Part shown: positions 33,161-44,757 of the stretch, one piece after another
How the letters are laid out: each line of letters starts with the position of its first letter
How positions within the stretch are numbered: the first letter of the stretch is position 1
Source: an uncultured Patescibacteria group bacterium
GTDB lineage: Bacteria; Patescibacteriota; JACMRA01
Assembly (NCBI GenBank): GCA_938017575.1
Contig: CALIJC010000043.1
Span: 1-49,892, forward strand
DNA length: 49,892 bases
Direction of reading: 5' to 3'
Notes under the pieces: model-generated
The model's input: the letters and a program-made list of their open reading frames with translations, nothing else
Told to the model about the DNA's origin: nothing
Database searches by the model: none
Program-made: the position numbers and the translations under genes

Positions 33161-36100
33161 ATGCCCAGCAAATTGAGGAAACCTAAAAAACTAACAGCTA
33201 GAAAGACTTTTGGTGAAAAACGTAACCAAATCTACCAAAAAACAAAAAATTTGTGGTTGATAAATATAATTAGTATATATATATCTACAATATTCAATGT
33301 TTTTTCTAATTTAAAGTATTTTATTCTAGGCTTATTTATCAACAAGTCTCTTTCATTTATGATGATTGGGTTATTGGTTTTTTCTTCTTTTGCTAATTTT
33401 AGTTTTTATACTCCTAATATTAATGTACAAGCAGCTGCTGACCCTCAGGTCAGTTTGAGTGTTCCTGATACATTGATAGGTGACACCTTTGATGTGGTTG
33501 CGTCATTTGATAATGCTGATTCAACCGATACTGGTTTTGGTCCTTATATTGACCTGATTATTCCTTTTAATGGTACAGATGGAATCAATGGTGATACAAC
33601 TTCAGGTTCACCAACTGAGGCTGATGGAATTATTTCTGTTAACTCTGCAACATACTTAGGTACGCCATTAACAACGATTGAATTGGTTTTTCCTGATGAT
33701 ACTGGATTAGGTGCAGGAGTACAAAATACCGGTTGTGTAGATCATCCTTTTGCTGTTGATATTGCAGGAGTTCCATTGGAGGTTTGTGGAAATACAGGTG
33801 ATATTTTGGTTGTTACTCAATTACCTTTTGGATCATTCGTTCCAAACCAACCAAATGCAGATGTAACATTTAACGTGACAATGAGCCAATTAGCTGATAT
33901 TAATCAACCATTAGAATTCCAAGCATTGGGAGGTTTTATGTTTGGTAATGATGAGTTCGTTAATCCAAACTCAGACCCTAGTATTGTAGCAAGTAGCTAT
34001 ACCTCTGCATCTACTTTCCCTCAAGTTGTGATTTTTGAAAAAGAAGTAATCCTTCCAGAAGGTGAGAGTCATACTGGACCTAATAACCCTTTTCAATATG
34101 TTTTAACAGCTACTCTTGCTGTTGGTCAAACTGTTGATAATTTTCAATTTGTTGATGAGTTACCAAATACAGTAGTATATCAATCGCTTATTTTAGCTGA
34201 CACAACTGCAGGTTGTACTGAAACATCCCCAGTTCCACCAACAACGGGAACAGCTAGTGGCTCTATTTTAACTATTGATTGTGGAACTATTGGATTAGGG
34301 GACAACCCTGTGACTGCAACCTATGAGGTGTATGTAAGCGATGTTGACGGAGATGGAGGTAGTGTAATTGACCATGATTCTTGTGATGATACTCCAACTG
34401 TAAACTCTGCCACTTCAGTAGGTGATTGGAATCCGATCGATCCAAGAGATGTTGGACCAACAATAGATAACAGTTTTGTAACACCAGTTGAGACTGAAAC
34501 TGTTACAAATAAATGTATCCAAATCCAAAAATCAAACTCTATCGATATTGATAATGGAAATGCAGGATATACACCTGGTGATATAATTGAGTATACTTTG
34601 GAATTCCAAATCAGTGACTTCTTTATTCTTGATGATGTTGATATACAAGATATCGTAAACGATGGTGTGCATATTTTGGAACCTGGCCACCCTAATTTTG
34701 CTCCACCTACATTAGCTATAAATAGTGGAGTAACTACAACTTCTGGTCCTATTGATTCTGCTAATTATTCAATAACTAATAATTGGACTGGAGCAGTCCC
34801 TGTCCCTCCTTCACCAGATGGGACTACCATCTTAGATGTCGATGTTAGTGGAGAACTCGCAACTAGATCCTTGAATACAGCACTTTTTGGAGGTTGTGTT
34901 TCTCCAAATCCAGCTCAACCGATTGATTGTGAGTCTGCTTCCCCAACTTATAATACTGGTGCAACCACAGGAACAATAACGTATTTGGCAGAAATTCAAG
35001 ATCAATATACTGATATTGCAGGTGACCCTAGTGTTGATCACGCTGATGTGATTACTAACAATGTAACAATAGAAGGTGAAGTTATTGATAATTCTGATAG
35101 AGCAACTCCAACTGGCTCAGTTGAGGAAGATACAAGCTCATCATCTTTTGAAATTGAGTCAGGTACTTTTGCAAAAAATATTTTGGCTATTAATAATGCT
35201 GACCCTTCTGGAATTACATCACTTTCTCCTGGTGATGCAGTAACTTATCAATTAACTTACACTTTACCTTCTTCTGATACAGAGAATTTCATGCTAGAAG
35301 ACTATTTACCTAAGCCAGTTTTTGATGTTTCAACTCTGGATACATTTATAACACCGAATGGTCTTGGTTTAGAACAAGCTACCACTACTCCTTTTTCTAT
35401 GCCACCAATTGGACAAATTTGGTTAGGTCCAATAGATACTTTTTATGGTGTAAGTAACATTGATCCAGTGATTACTCAGGATATAATTGGTAACTCATTT
35501 CTAATTGATTATGGTACCTTTGATGATCCAACAAATACATCATCAATTGTTGATGTTGTTTTCACAGTAGAAGTAAGTGACGCTCCTTTTGGAGATGGAC
35601 TTCAATTAACCAACCAAGCTTTGGCAACAGAACAAAATACTAGTGGATCTCCAGTTACATCGACACAGATTAACCAAATTACTTTGGATGAGCCTGAACT
35701 TGAAATCACTAAAGGTGCTATTGACTCTGATAGCTTGATTGAAACTTATAGTCCAGATCCAGCATATGGTGGAGGAGTTACTTTTGATCCAGTAGGCACT
35801 AGTACAGCTTGCGGACATTTTTCTGGTACAATTAGTTCTGACGTATTAGATTCTGATCCAATTATTAGTGATATCACTGATGTTGATGGTTCTGATTTGA
35901 TTAGGTTTGCAACTGTAATTGAAAATGTTGGTAGTAATGGGGCTTATGATATTTATGTTAGAGATATTTTGCCAGCTGGGTTCTCAGTACCTGCAGGTGG
36001 TGACAATCTCTGTGTTACACGAGGTGATGGAACAGTTTTATCAACTTCAAATATTGGTGGTGGAAGTGGAATGTTCGATCAAGGAATTGAAATTATTGAC

Positions 36101-39100
36101 CCAACAGAAGGGGCTGCTGATGAATTTGATGCAATCAGTGGAGCAAACGTAATTATTGTAACTTATGATATTCAAGCTGATGATGATATGGATTTGCAAG
36201 CAGATACATTTAACCATGCTGCAATCTTTAACTATGCTTCTAGAGATAATGGAACAGATTTTGGAGGTCCTGGAGATGGTGATATTATTTTTGATGATAC
36301 TGATATTTTTCCAACAAATGTTGTTGAGATTGATAAATCTGTGGTTAGCACAGAAGAGCCTAGTGTTGATAATTCTGAGGTTACAATTGGATCTTTGGTT
36401 CAATATGAAATTGAGTTAACAATTAATGAAGGTCTTACAAATGATGTAGTTATTAATGATAATTTGGGAGCTGGATTGGCTTTGGTTAGTATTGACTCAA
36501 TCACTCCATCAACAGATATTACAACAGATGTTGTAGGAGGTTTTGCTTCTGTTCAATCAGGGGTAAATGTAACTGGTTCTGGTCAAAATTTTGAGTTGGA
36601 TTTGGGTAACTTAACTAATCTAAATGATGATAACTCAATCGATGAAACAATCGTTATTGCTTACACAGCAGTTGTCCTAAATGATAGCTCGGTATCAACT
36701 GGAGATTCTGTCAATAATACAGCAACGGTAGAATGGTCAAATATTGATGAAGATGGAGTCCCTGAGATATTATCTGAGGTTGATGATGACAACAGTATTG
36801 AAGTGGTTGAACCAAATATTGAGGTTAACAAAAATATTGTAGAAACCAGTGGAGATGCGGGGGACACTATCACAATTGAATTAACAGTAGACCATTCAGG
36901 TAGCTCAACAGCGAATGGTTATAATTTGACAGTGAGTGATACTCTGCCAGCTGGAATGACTTATGCAGGTGGATTCACAACTGTTAATGGAATTGCTCCA
37001 ACAACTTCTGTTGAATCAGGTGGTGTCATTACATTGACATATGATTCACTCGGATTACTTGAAAATAGTACGGTTAGCTTTACGGTTACTCTTGATGGTA
37101 CCGTAACTCCTTTAGATGTTATTCAAAATGACGCTAGCTTAGAATATTCTTCTATGTCTGATGATGGTTCAACACCAGAATCGCCTTACAATACTGATTC
37201 AATTGAGCAAACTTATACAAATGACGGTCAAGATACACTCACTATTGATAGTTATAGTGTTGAAAAAACCATTGTTGATACCTCTATTAATGATGGCGAT
37301 GTTGATGGTAATGAGATTACTACAGGTAATAATGTAGTTGTGGGTGAGCAAATTCAATATCAAGTGGTTGTTGATATTCCTGAAGGAACTAGCCCAAGTG
37401 TTCAGTTAAGAGATTTTCTAGATGATGGGCTTGATTTAGTTTCAATTGATTCAATCACTGCCTCCCCTGGAGTATCAACAAGTATTGCAGGAGGATTTGC
37501 AGGGGTTGCTAGTAATGTTAGTGTAACTAATGCTAGTTTAGGAAGAAGAAGGATTTTACTAAACTTTGGTGAGGTTCAAAACACTAATAGTGATGCAGCT
37601 GTTGAACAAATTACCATTCTATATACGGTTATTGTAGAAAATGTTACAGCTATTTCTAATGGTGTAGCAAGGAACAATAGTGTGAGATGGAGATGGGACA
37701 CTCCAGTGCATCAGATTATTGATTCAGCACCAAATGTAATTGTGCAAGAGCCTAATCTAGTGGCAACTAAATCAAGTGATATTGATAATGTTAATGCTGG
37801 GGATACTGTGGAATATGAAATTGAGATAACTAATAACGGGACTTCTCCAGCATTGGATGTTGTTGTAAATGATGTTGTCCCAGGAGTTTTCAATTATGTT
37901 GCACTTTCAGCAAATATTGTCACTGCACACACAGCAACTACTGACGATAGTGGTGCACCAAGCTTGGTATTTAATATTGACCAAATTGATGTAAATGAAA
38001 CTGTTACAATTACTTATGAAATGATTGTCACAAACACTGCTGTTGCAGGTAACACATATACAAATGATGTTGATATCGAATGGACTTCATTAACAGGTGT
38101 AAGTGGTGATGAACGAACTGGTGATGACACAGATCCAGGGGGTACTGAAAACGATTACTCAACAACTACCAGTGATGATGTTGTTATGGATGGTGTTGTT
38201 TCTAGCAAATCAATTATCGAAACAAGTGAACCAGATACTGTTACTGGAGTTGATTCAATCGAGAGGGTAGTAATTGGAGAAGTTGTGCGATATCGACTTG
38301 TCAAAGAAATTTCTGAATCAAGTTTACCTAACTTTGAAGTAGTGGATTATCTTCCAAATGGGATGCAGTACTTAGATGATGGTACAACAACAATTGCTTT
38401 GATTTCAAACGCAGGCGGCACTACCAACTTGACCTCTGACTTGATTCCTGTAGGCGGGGAAGTTCTTGGTAACTCAGTAATTACTCCTACTTTTGTAATG
38501 CCAGCAGGATCAATAATAAATGATACTAATGGTGGAAACCCATTTGCTAATGGTGATGATGTTAGATTCGATTTAGGAAATGTTATAAATGGAGACGAGG
38601 ATGATGGAGATACTGAGTATATTGTGATTGAATTAAATGCGATTGTTCTAAATGATATTACTAATCAAGGAGGGACTAATTTAGAAAACAGCTTTGAATT
38701 GTTTGTTGATGATGGTTCTGGTCCAAATAGTTTAGGTACTTCACCAGTTGATGTAAATAATACTGTAACTGTAGTTGAACCTGATATTTCAATTAACAAA
38801 ACTATTACAACAGTACCAAATGATGCAGGAGATCCTGTAGTTTATGAAATTCGTGTTGAAAATGGAACAGGTGCGAATATAAGTACTGCTTATGATCTTA
38901 ATATTCTTGATTTATTAAATAGTAACTTAGTTTTGCAAAGTGTTAGTGTTTCTGGACCTACTAATACAGATAATTCTAACATTCTTGGAAACCTTGTTGA
39001 TGTTGATATTGCTGAACTAGCACCAGGAGAAGTTGTGATTGTCACTGTAAACGCAGTTGTAGCTAGTGGAGCTCAGAATGGAGACACTATTGGAAACGAA

Positions 39101-42100
39101 GGTACATATACATATGATTCAATAAGCGATGATGCTCAAGCAGCCACAAATCCAACAGATTCAAGTATCCCAGGGGGAGAAGGAGATGATGATGGAGCTA
39201 GAAACGGTCAGGATGGTGCTGGAGCTGGACTAAATAACTATGCTGGCTCTTCAAATGTAGATTTGATGATTGGTGTTCCGGAAATAGAGAAAATTAGCCC
39301 TTCTCAAACTGAGTATGTAATTGGTGAAGAGGTGACTTATGAAATCCTGGTTACTTTACCTGAGGGTGATACAGTTGATATGAATATTGTTGATGGTATT
39401 CCTGATGGGCTCGATTATGTATCTCATAACATTTATGAACTTGCTGCTGACTCTGCCAATCTTACGTCAGATTATAATGGAACTCTTGCAGCACCTACAG
39501 TTACTGGTGGGTCTGGAACTGGAGATGATATTAGTTTCGATTTTGGAACAACAAATACTGTTGATGATAACGATCCAGATAACAATAGTTTTGTTATTGA
39601 AGTTACAGCTCAAGTTGTGAACCAAGGTAGCAACCAGAATGGAACTGCTTTGATTAACTCAGCATCGATAGAATGGACTAACCCAGAAACTTCTGCGACA
39701 GATTCAATTAGTGATGACGCTGATGCAATCACAGTTGCCGAACCAGTATTAGATATAGTTAAATCTGTTGATGATGATACAGTACAATTTGGTCAAACTG
39801 TTGAATACACGATTGATATAACTCATAATAGTGCTTCTACTGCTGATGCATATGATATTCTTGTTACTGATATAATCTCAGGTGATTTGGATTATGTAAT
39901 TGGTTCGAGTACTTTGCCAGCAGGCTGGAGCATTGATGAATTAAGTAACCCAACTATAACCTTTACAGGTGACTTGCCAAATGATGGTAGTACTGTCCAA
40001 ATTAGATTTGAAGCAACAGCAAAAGCTCCAGGAAGTTATCTAAAAGGAACTGTAATTGGAAATACTGCTGATATAAATTGGACTTCTCTTGATGGAGCTG
40101 TAACAGGTGAAAGAAGTGGAAGCGGTGGTGTTGATGATTATACGAATTCTGGTAGTGTTGATATTACAATCACTGCACCTGATTTAACTGTAGATATTAA
40201 CGATAGTATTGGAACAACTAATCCAGGAGACACAAATATTTATGATGTAGAAATTATTAATATTGGAAACAATCAAGCTGATAATTCAACTGCAACTATT
40301 ACTATTCCTGCCAATGCAACTTTTGACCCAGGCTCTTCTAGTGCTGGTTGGGTATGTGTTCCAGATAACTCAAGTGGTTCAGTGTGTACTAACAACGTTG
40401 GAACAATTAATCCATCTGGAATTGTAAATATTGACTTTGCTTTGACTATAGATAGTGTTCTTCCTGCTGGAGCTAATGACATTACAGTTGATGTTTCAGT
40501 GGCTGATGATGGTGCTAATGGTCCAGAATGTATTTCAACTAATAATACTAGTTCAGATACAGATGTAATAGATGCTGCTCCAGATCTTGGAATTACAAAA
40601 GATGATGGAGTAACTACAGTTGCACCAGGAGGGCAAACAACTTATACACTGACTATTACTAACACAGGTACCCAAAATGCTACAGGAGTTGTTGTATCAG
40701 ACACACTTCCAACTGCTGGAGTTTCTTACAATACTTCTAGTGATTCAGGTACTGAATCTGCTGGTATTGTTACTTGGCCATCATTTAACTTAAATGTTGG
40801 TGACACGGTCATAAGATCTGTTACGATTGATATCGATGGACCTATTGATAGTGGAATAGCAACAATAGAAAATATTGCAAATGTAACAGATGATGGTAGT
40901 AATGGAACTGATTTGAATCCAGCAAATAATTCTGACAATGATATTGATGATGTTGATGCTGCTCCTGATTTGGATGTATCTAAGTCGATTAGCTCTCCAG
41001 TTGTAGTAACCAATGGTTCAGTGGTTAATTATGCAATTGATTATGGAAATATCGGTGATCAAGATGCAACAGGTGTTGTGCTAACTGAATCAGTACCAAT
41101 TGGGTCAACGTTTGATTCTGGCAATGCTCTAAATACTGGCTGGACATGTGTAGCAAACACCGAAGGGTCAACATGCACCTTTACCATTGGTGATTTAGAT
41201 GTGGGCGATTCTGGTTCAACTAACTTTGTAGTTATCGTTGATGATCCAATTGATTCTGAACAAGAAAATTTGGATAACACTGTATCTATTAGTGATGATG
41301 GTACAAATGGTTTAGACGGTGATCCGAGTAATAATTCATCTATGGACTCAACTCCGATAGACGCTACTCCTGATTTAAGAACAACTAAGACAGACAACCA
41401 AACTGTAGCTACTGCCGGACAGTCGATAACTTACATTATTGAAGTATTTAACGATGGAAACCAAGATGTTGTCAGTGCTCAGTTAACTGATACTTTGCCA
41501 ACTGGTGTAACATTTGTTTCTGCAAGTGGAGGGGGAACAGAAGCTTTAGGAGTTATCACATGGCCAGCTTATGATTTAGATGCTGGGACTAGTAAGATAT
41601 TTACTGTAACCGTTACTCTTGATAATCCTGTAGCTGCTGGAATGGATTCAATTACTAACTCTGCAACTTCAAGTTTTGCCCCTAATAGTGGTGATACTGA
41701 TCCAACAAATAACAACACAGCTGAAGATACTGATACAATTAACGCAGCTCCTGATTTGGTTGTTACAAAAACTGATAATGGATTAGATTTGGTCCCAGGA
41801 TCTTCATTCCCGTATGATATTAACTACACAAATGTAGGAACCCAAGATGCAACTGGTGTCGTTATTACAGATACAATTCCTACAAGTACAGTATTTGACC
41901 CTGCTAACTCAACTCCAGGATGGTCATGTGCTCCTGATAACAACCCAGGTTCAATATGTACTATCACAATTGGAAACTTAGATAGTGGTGATTCTGGTTC
42001 AGTAGTATTTGCTGTAATTGTAGATAATCCATTAGGCTCTGGTATTGATAGTACGAATAATACTGTTTCTATTGCTGATGATGGTGCTAATGGTCCTGAC

Positions 42101-44683
42101 GAAAACCCAAGCGATAACTCTTATGATGAGCAAACAACTGTGGATGCACTCCCTGAGCTTTACTTGCAAAAAGACGATGGTGGAATCACTGTTGAAGCAG
42201 GAGATCCAATCGTGTATACTTTGACATATGGAAATAGTGGAAACCAGACATCAACTGGTAATGTACTTACAGAAACTGTACCAATTGGAACAACAATTGA
42301 TTTATCTGCACCAGAAAATGCAGGCTGGTCATGTACAGGAACTACAGCTGGATCTACATGTACATATTTAGTTGGAGTTATTAATTCTAATGAAGAATTT
42401 AATACAACTTTTGCTGTAATCGTGGATAATCCTGTGGCGAGTGGAATTAATTCAATTGAAAACTCAGCTAGGATTGATGATGATGGAGCAAATGGGACTG
42501 AAACTAATACTGTTAATAATGATGATGGCGCTTCAACTGAACTTAATGCAGCTCCTGATTTGAATATTGTGAAGGATGATGGATTAACAAATATTAACCC
42601 TGGAGACTCTTACACTTATACTTTGACAATCACCAATATTGGTTCTCAAGATGCTACTGGAGTACAAATAACCGATATCCTTCCTCCTGAACTTACTTAT
42701 GTAGGATCAAGCGATAGTGGAAGTGAGAGTGGTGGAACAGTTACTTGGCCAGTTGTTGACGTTGCTGTAGGTGACATAATTGTAAGAACTGTCGATGTAC
42801 TATTTGATGTCCCAGTTAACCAAGTACCTGCTGGATTAGAGACTCTCACTAATACTGCCACTGCATTTGATGATGGAGCAAATGGTCCAGATCTTGATGG
42901 TTCTAACAACATTGCTGAAGATATTGATGATGTGAATGGTGATGTTGATTTAACTGTAACTATTGATGATGGAAACACAACAGTTAGTACTGGGGATTCC
43001 GTTGTATATAAGGTAACAATTGATAACCTTGGTTCACAGTTTGCATCTAATACGATGGCTACAATTACTATACCAGCTGGTGTTAGTTTTGATTCTGGTA
43101 CTTCAACTCCTGGATGGACATGTACTCCAGATGGTAATGCAGGATCAATTTGTACAATCAATGTAGGAACAGTAACAACAATTGCAGAAACATGTGTCTT
43201 CTTTGGGGTTATTGTTGATGACCCAAGTAATGTTGATGAGATTGATATCAGTGTTGATGTAAATGATGATGGAACAAGTGGACCAGAATTAGATGATACT
43301 AATAATGATGATAATGATGTTGATAATATTATTGGTAATCCAAATCTAACTGTAACCAAGACAGATAATCAGAATATTGCTGAACCAGGAGAAACTCTAA
43401 TTTATGAAGTCGAAGTAACAAATAATGGTGATATAATCCTAACTGGAATTGAGGTGATTGATACCCTTCCACAATATACAACTTTCGTAAGTAGTGATAA
43501 TGGAGGAGTCTTTGATTCAGGACTAGGACAAGTAAATTGGTCAGTTCTTTCATTAATTCCAAACGAGAGCATAATTCTAACTGTAGAAGTAGTTGTTGAT
43601 GATACAGTGCCTTCTGGTGTCGAAGATATTACTAATAATGTATCTGGTACCGAAGATGGAACCCATGGTGTTGAAACAGATACTAGTGATAATGAGTTTG
43701 AGGATATTGATACACTTGAGGCTCAACCAGAGTTGGATGTTGTAATTGAAGCAACACAAGATTTGGCTTATCCTGGAGAAGAAGTTGAATTTTTGATTAC
43801 TCATACTAACCTTGGAAATCAAGATGCTACTGGAGTAGAAGTTACCTTTACGATCCCTGAAAATACTACTGGTCAACCAACTGCACCTGGAGTTGGGGCT
43901 TTAGAAGGAGGAGTAGCTCCACTTGGATTAAATGTTGGATGGGTTTGTCCTGATTTAAATCCAGGTACAACTTGCACATATTTAATTGGAAATGTTGCTG
44001 CAGATGAAGATTGTATAATTCCTTTCTTTGTTATTGTAGATGAAGATGTTGCCCCTGGCGATACAATTATTGGTGAAACAACAGTGTATGATGATGGTTT
44101 AAATGGAGCTGAAATTACTCTTGTTAATAATGATTCTAACGATAATGTGATTATTCCATTTACTGATTTGCAGGTTACTAAAACAACTTCAAGTAATCAA
44201 CCTCAATTTGGAGATGACATTGTTTATACAATCTCATACTTAAATAATGGACCAGATGATGCAACTGATGTTGTTATAAGAGATATCTTGCCATCTGAAC
44301 TAGCATATGTATTTAGCACTAATAATGGTGCATTAATCGATCCGATTATTACTAATAATCCTGATGGTACAACGACATTAGATTTCTCTATTGGAGATTT
44401 AGCAAATGGTGAGGTTGGTGAGATTCAACTGATAACAACACTTAACATAAATGTTGGTCAAGAAATCACTAACAATGTTGAAATAAGTGGTAGAGAAGCT
44501 GAGATTACAAATGTAAATAATCAGAGCCTTGCACCAATAACTACTATTGAAAATCCAGGATTGACTATTGATGGTTTGATTAGAACTGGTAAAAAAGGAT
44601 CTAAGATGAGAATGGGAATGATTCTAATTACTCTAGGACTTATGATGGGATTCTCAATTGAGAAACTCAACAAGAAAAGTTAA
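33161..44683 (+). CDS. Giant acidic cell-surface protein (3840 aa) with isopeptide-forming fimbrial D2-like and DUF11 repeats; LIRTG + TM + basic tail
   Basis: Repeats K…G..V.Y.I…PEG…D.L…N and PDL..TK.D…PG…YT; GWxC…CT disulfide loops; long N-terminal leader. Confidence 0.9.
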   Translation: MPSKLRKPKKLTARKTFGEKRNQIYQKTKNLWLINIISIYISTIFNVFSNLKYFILGLFINKSLSFMMIGLLVFSSFANFSFYTPNINVQAAADPQVSLSVPDTLIGDTFDVVASFDNADSTDTGFGPYIDLIIPFNGTDGINGDTTSGSPTEADGIISVNSATYLGTPLTTIELVFPDDTGLGAGVQNTGCVDHPFAVDIAGVPLEVCGNTGDILVVTQLPFGSFVPNQPNADVTFNVTMSQLADINQPLEFQALGGFMFGNDEFVNPNSDPSIVASSYTSASTFPQVVIFEKEVILPEGESHTGPNNPFQYVLTATLAVGQTVDNFQFVDELPNTVVYQSLILADTTAGCTETSPVPPTTGTASGSILTIDCGTIGLGDNPVTATYEVYVSDVDGDGGSVIDHDSCDDTPTVNSATSVGDWNPIDPRDVGPTIDNSFVTPVETETVTNKCIQIQKSNSIDIDNGNAGYTPGDIIEYTLEFQISDFFILDDVDIQDIVNDGVHILEPGHPNFAPPTLAINSGVTTTSGPIDSANYSITNNWTGAVPVPPSPDGTTILDVDVSGELATRSLNTALFGGCVSPNPAQPIDCESASPTYNTGATTGTITYLAEIQDQYTDIAGDPSVDHADVITNNVTIEGEVIDNSDRATPTGSVEEDTSSSSFEIESGTFAKNILAINNADPSGITSLSPGDAVTYQLTYTLPSSDTENFMLEDYLPKPVFDVSTLDTFITPNGLGLEQATTTPFSMPPIGQIWLGPIDTFYGVSNIDPVITQDIIGNSFLIDYGTFDDPTNTSSIVDVVFTVEVSDAPFGDGLQLTNQALATEQNTSGSPVTSTQINQITLDEPELEITKGAIDSDSLIETYSPDPAYGGGVTFDPVGTSTACGHFSGTISSDVLDSDPIISDITDVDGSDLIRFATVIENVGSNGAYDIYVRDILPAGFSVPAGGDNLCVTRGDGTVLSTSNIGGGSGMFDQGIEIIDPTEGAADEFDAISGANVIIVTYDIQADDDMDLQADTFNHAAIFNYASRDNGTDFGGPGDGDIIFDDTDIFPTNVVEIDKSVVSTEEPSVDNSEVTIGSLVQYEIELTINEGLTNDVVINDNLGAGLALVSIDSITPSTDITTDVVGGFASVQSGVNVTGSGQNFELDLGNLTNLNDDNSIDETIVIAYTAVVLNDSSVSTGDSVNNTATVEWSNIDEDGVPEILSEVDDDNSIEVVEPNIEVNKNIVETSGDAGDTITIELTVDHSGSSTANGYNLTVSDTLPAGMTYAGGFTTVNGIAPTTSVESGGVITLTYDSLGLLENSTVSFTVTLDGTVTPLDVIQNDASLEYSSMSDDGSTPESPYNTDSIEQTYTNDGQDTLTIDSYSVEKTIVDTSINDGDVDGNEITTGNNVVVGEQIQYQVVVDIPEGTSPSVQLRDFLDDGLDLVSIDSITASPGVSTSIAGGFAGVASNVSVTNASLGRRRILLNFGEVQNTNSDAAVEQITILYTVIVENVTAISNGVARNNSVRWRWDTPVHQIIDSAPNVIVQEPNLVATKSSDIDNVNAGDTVEYEIEITNNGTSPALDVVVNDVVPGVFNYVALSANIVTAHTATTDDSGAPSLVFNIDQIDVNETVTITYEMIVTNTAVAGNTYTNDVDIEWTSLTGVSGDERTGDDTDPGGTENDYSTTTSDDVVMDGVVSSKSIIETSEPDTVTGVDSIERVVIGEVVRYRLVKEISESSLPNFEVVDYLPNGMQYLDDGTTTIALISNAGGTTNLTSDLIPVGGEVLGNSVITPTFVMPAGSIINDTNGGNPFANGDDVRFDLGNVINGDEDDGDTEYIVIELNAIVLNDITNQGGTNLENSFELFVDDGSGPNSLGTSPVDVNNTVTVVEPDISINKTITTVPNDAGDPVVYEIRVENGTGANISTAYDLNILDLLNSNLVLQSVSVSGPTNTDNSNILGNLVDVDIAELAPGEVVIVTVNAVVASGAQNGDTIGNEGTYTYDSISDDAQAATNPTDSSIPGGEGDDDGARNGQDGAGAGLNNYAGSSNVDLMIGVPEIEKISPSQTEYVIGEEVTYEILVTLPEGDTVDMNIVDGIPDGLDYVSHNIYELAADSANLTSDYNGTLAAPTVTGGSGTGDDISFDFGTTNTVDDNDPDNNSFVIEVTAQVVNQGSNQNGTALINSASIEWTNPETSATDSISDDADAITVAEPVLDIVKSVDDDTVQFGQTVEYTIDITHNSASTADAYDILVTDIISGDLDYVIGSSTLPAGWSIDELSNPTITFTGDLPNDGSTVQIRFEATAKAPGSYLKGTVIGNTADINWTSLDGAVTGERSGSGGVDDYTNSGSVDITITAPDLTVDINDSIGTTNPGDTNIYDVEIINIGNNQADNSTATITIPANATFDPGSSSAGWVCVPDNSSGSVCTNNVGTINPSGIVNIDFALTIDSVLPAGANDITVDVSVADDGANGPECISTNNTSSDTDVIDAAPDLGITKDDGVTTVAPGGQTTYTLTITNTGTQNATGVVVSDTLPTAGVSYNTSSDSGTESAGIVTWPSFNLNVGDTVIRSVTIDIDGPIDSGIATIENIANVTDDGSNGTDLNPANNSDNDIDDVDAAPDLDVSKSISSPVVVTNGSVVNYAIDYGNIGDQDATGVVLTESVPIGSTFDSGNALNTGWTCVANTEGSTCTFTIGDLDVGDSGSTNFVVIVDDPIDSEQENLDNTVSISDDGTNGLDGDPSNNSSMDSTPIDATPDLRTTKTDNQTVATAGQSITYIIEVFNDGNQDVVSAQLTDTLPTGVTFVSASGGGTEALGVITWPAYDLDAGTSKIFTVTVTLDNPVAAGMDSITNSATSSFAPNSGDTDPTNNNTAEDTDTINAAPDLVVTKTDNGLDLVPGSSFPYDINYTNVGTQDATGVVITDTIPTSTVFDPANSTPGWSCAPDNNPGSICTITIGNLDSGDSGSVVFAVIVDNPLGSGIDSTNNTVSIADDGANGPDENPSDNSYDEQTTVDALPELYLQKDDGGITVEAGDPIVYTLTYGNSGNQTSTGNVLTETVPIGTTIDLSAPENAGWSCTGTTAGSTCTYLVGVINSNEEFNTTFAVIVDNPVASGINSIENSARIDDDGANGTETNTVNNDDGASTELNAAPDLNIVKDDGLTNINPGDSYTYTLTITNIGSQDATGVQITDILPPELTYVGSSDSGSESGGTVTWPVVDVAVGDIIVRTVDVLFDVPVNQVPAGLETLTNTATAFDDGANGPDLDGSNNIAEDIDDVNGDVDLTVTIDDGNTTVSTGDSVVYKVTIDNLGSQFASNTMATITIPAGVSFDSGTSTPGWTCTPDGNAGSICTINVGTVTTIAETCVFFGVIVDDPSNVDEIDISVDVNDDGTSGPELDDTNNDDNDVDNIIGNPNLTVTKTDNQNIAEPGETLIYEVEVTNNGDIILTGIEVIDTLPQYTTFVSSDNGGVFDSGLGQVNWSVLSLIPNESIILTVEVVVDDTVPSGVEDITNNVSGTEDGTHGVETDTSDNEFEDIDTLEAQPELDVVIEATQDLAYPGEEVEFLITHTNLGNQDATGVEVTFTIPENTTGQPTAPGVGALEGGVAPLGLNVGWVCPDLNPGTTCTYLIGNVAADEDCIIPFFVIVDEDVAPGDTIIGETTVYDDGLNGAEITLVNNDSNDNVIIPFTDLQVTKTTSSNQPQFGDDIVYTISYLNNGPDDATDVVIRDILPSELAYVFSTNNGALIDPIITNNPDGTTTLDFSIGDLANGEVGEIQLITTLNINVGQEITNNVEISGREAEITNVNNQSLAPITTIENPGLTIDGLIRTGKKGSKMRMGMILITLGLMMGFSIEKLNKKS

Positions 44684-44702
44684 TTCTATATAACGCAAAA
44701 CA

Positions 44703-44735
44703 AAAAATTCTCACCCCAAATACGGGTGAGTTTTT
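44703..44735. terminator. Bidirectional terminator between the convergent surface-protein genes
   Basis: A-tract, CTCACCC…GGGTGAG stem, T-tract. Confidence 0.8.
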
Positions 44736-44757
44736 GTAAAACTTATTTACTATTTGA

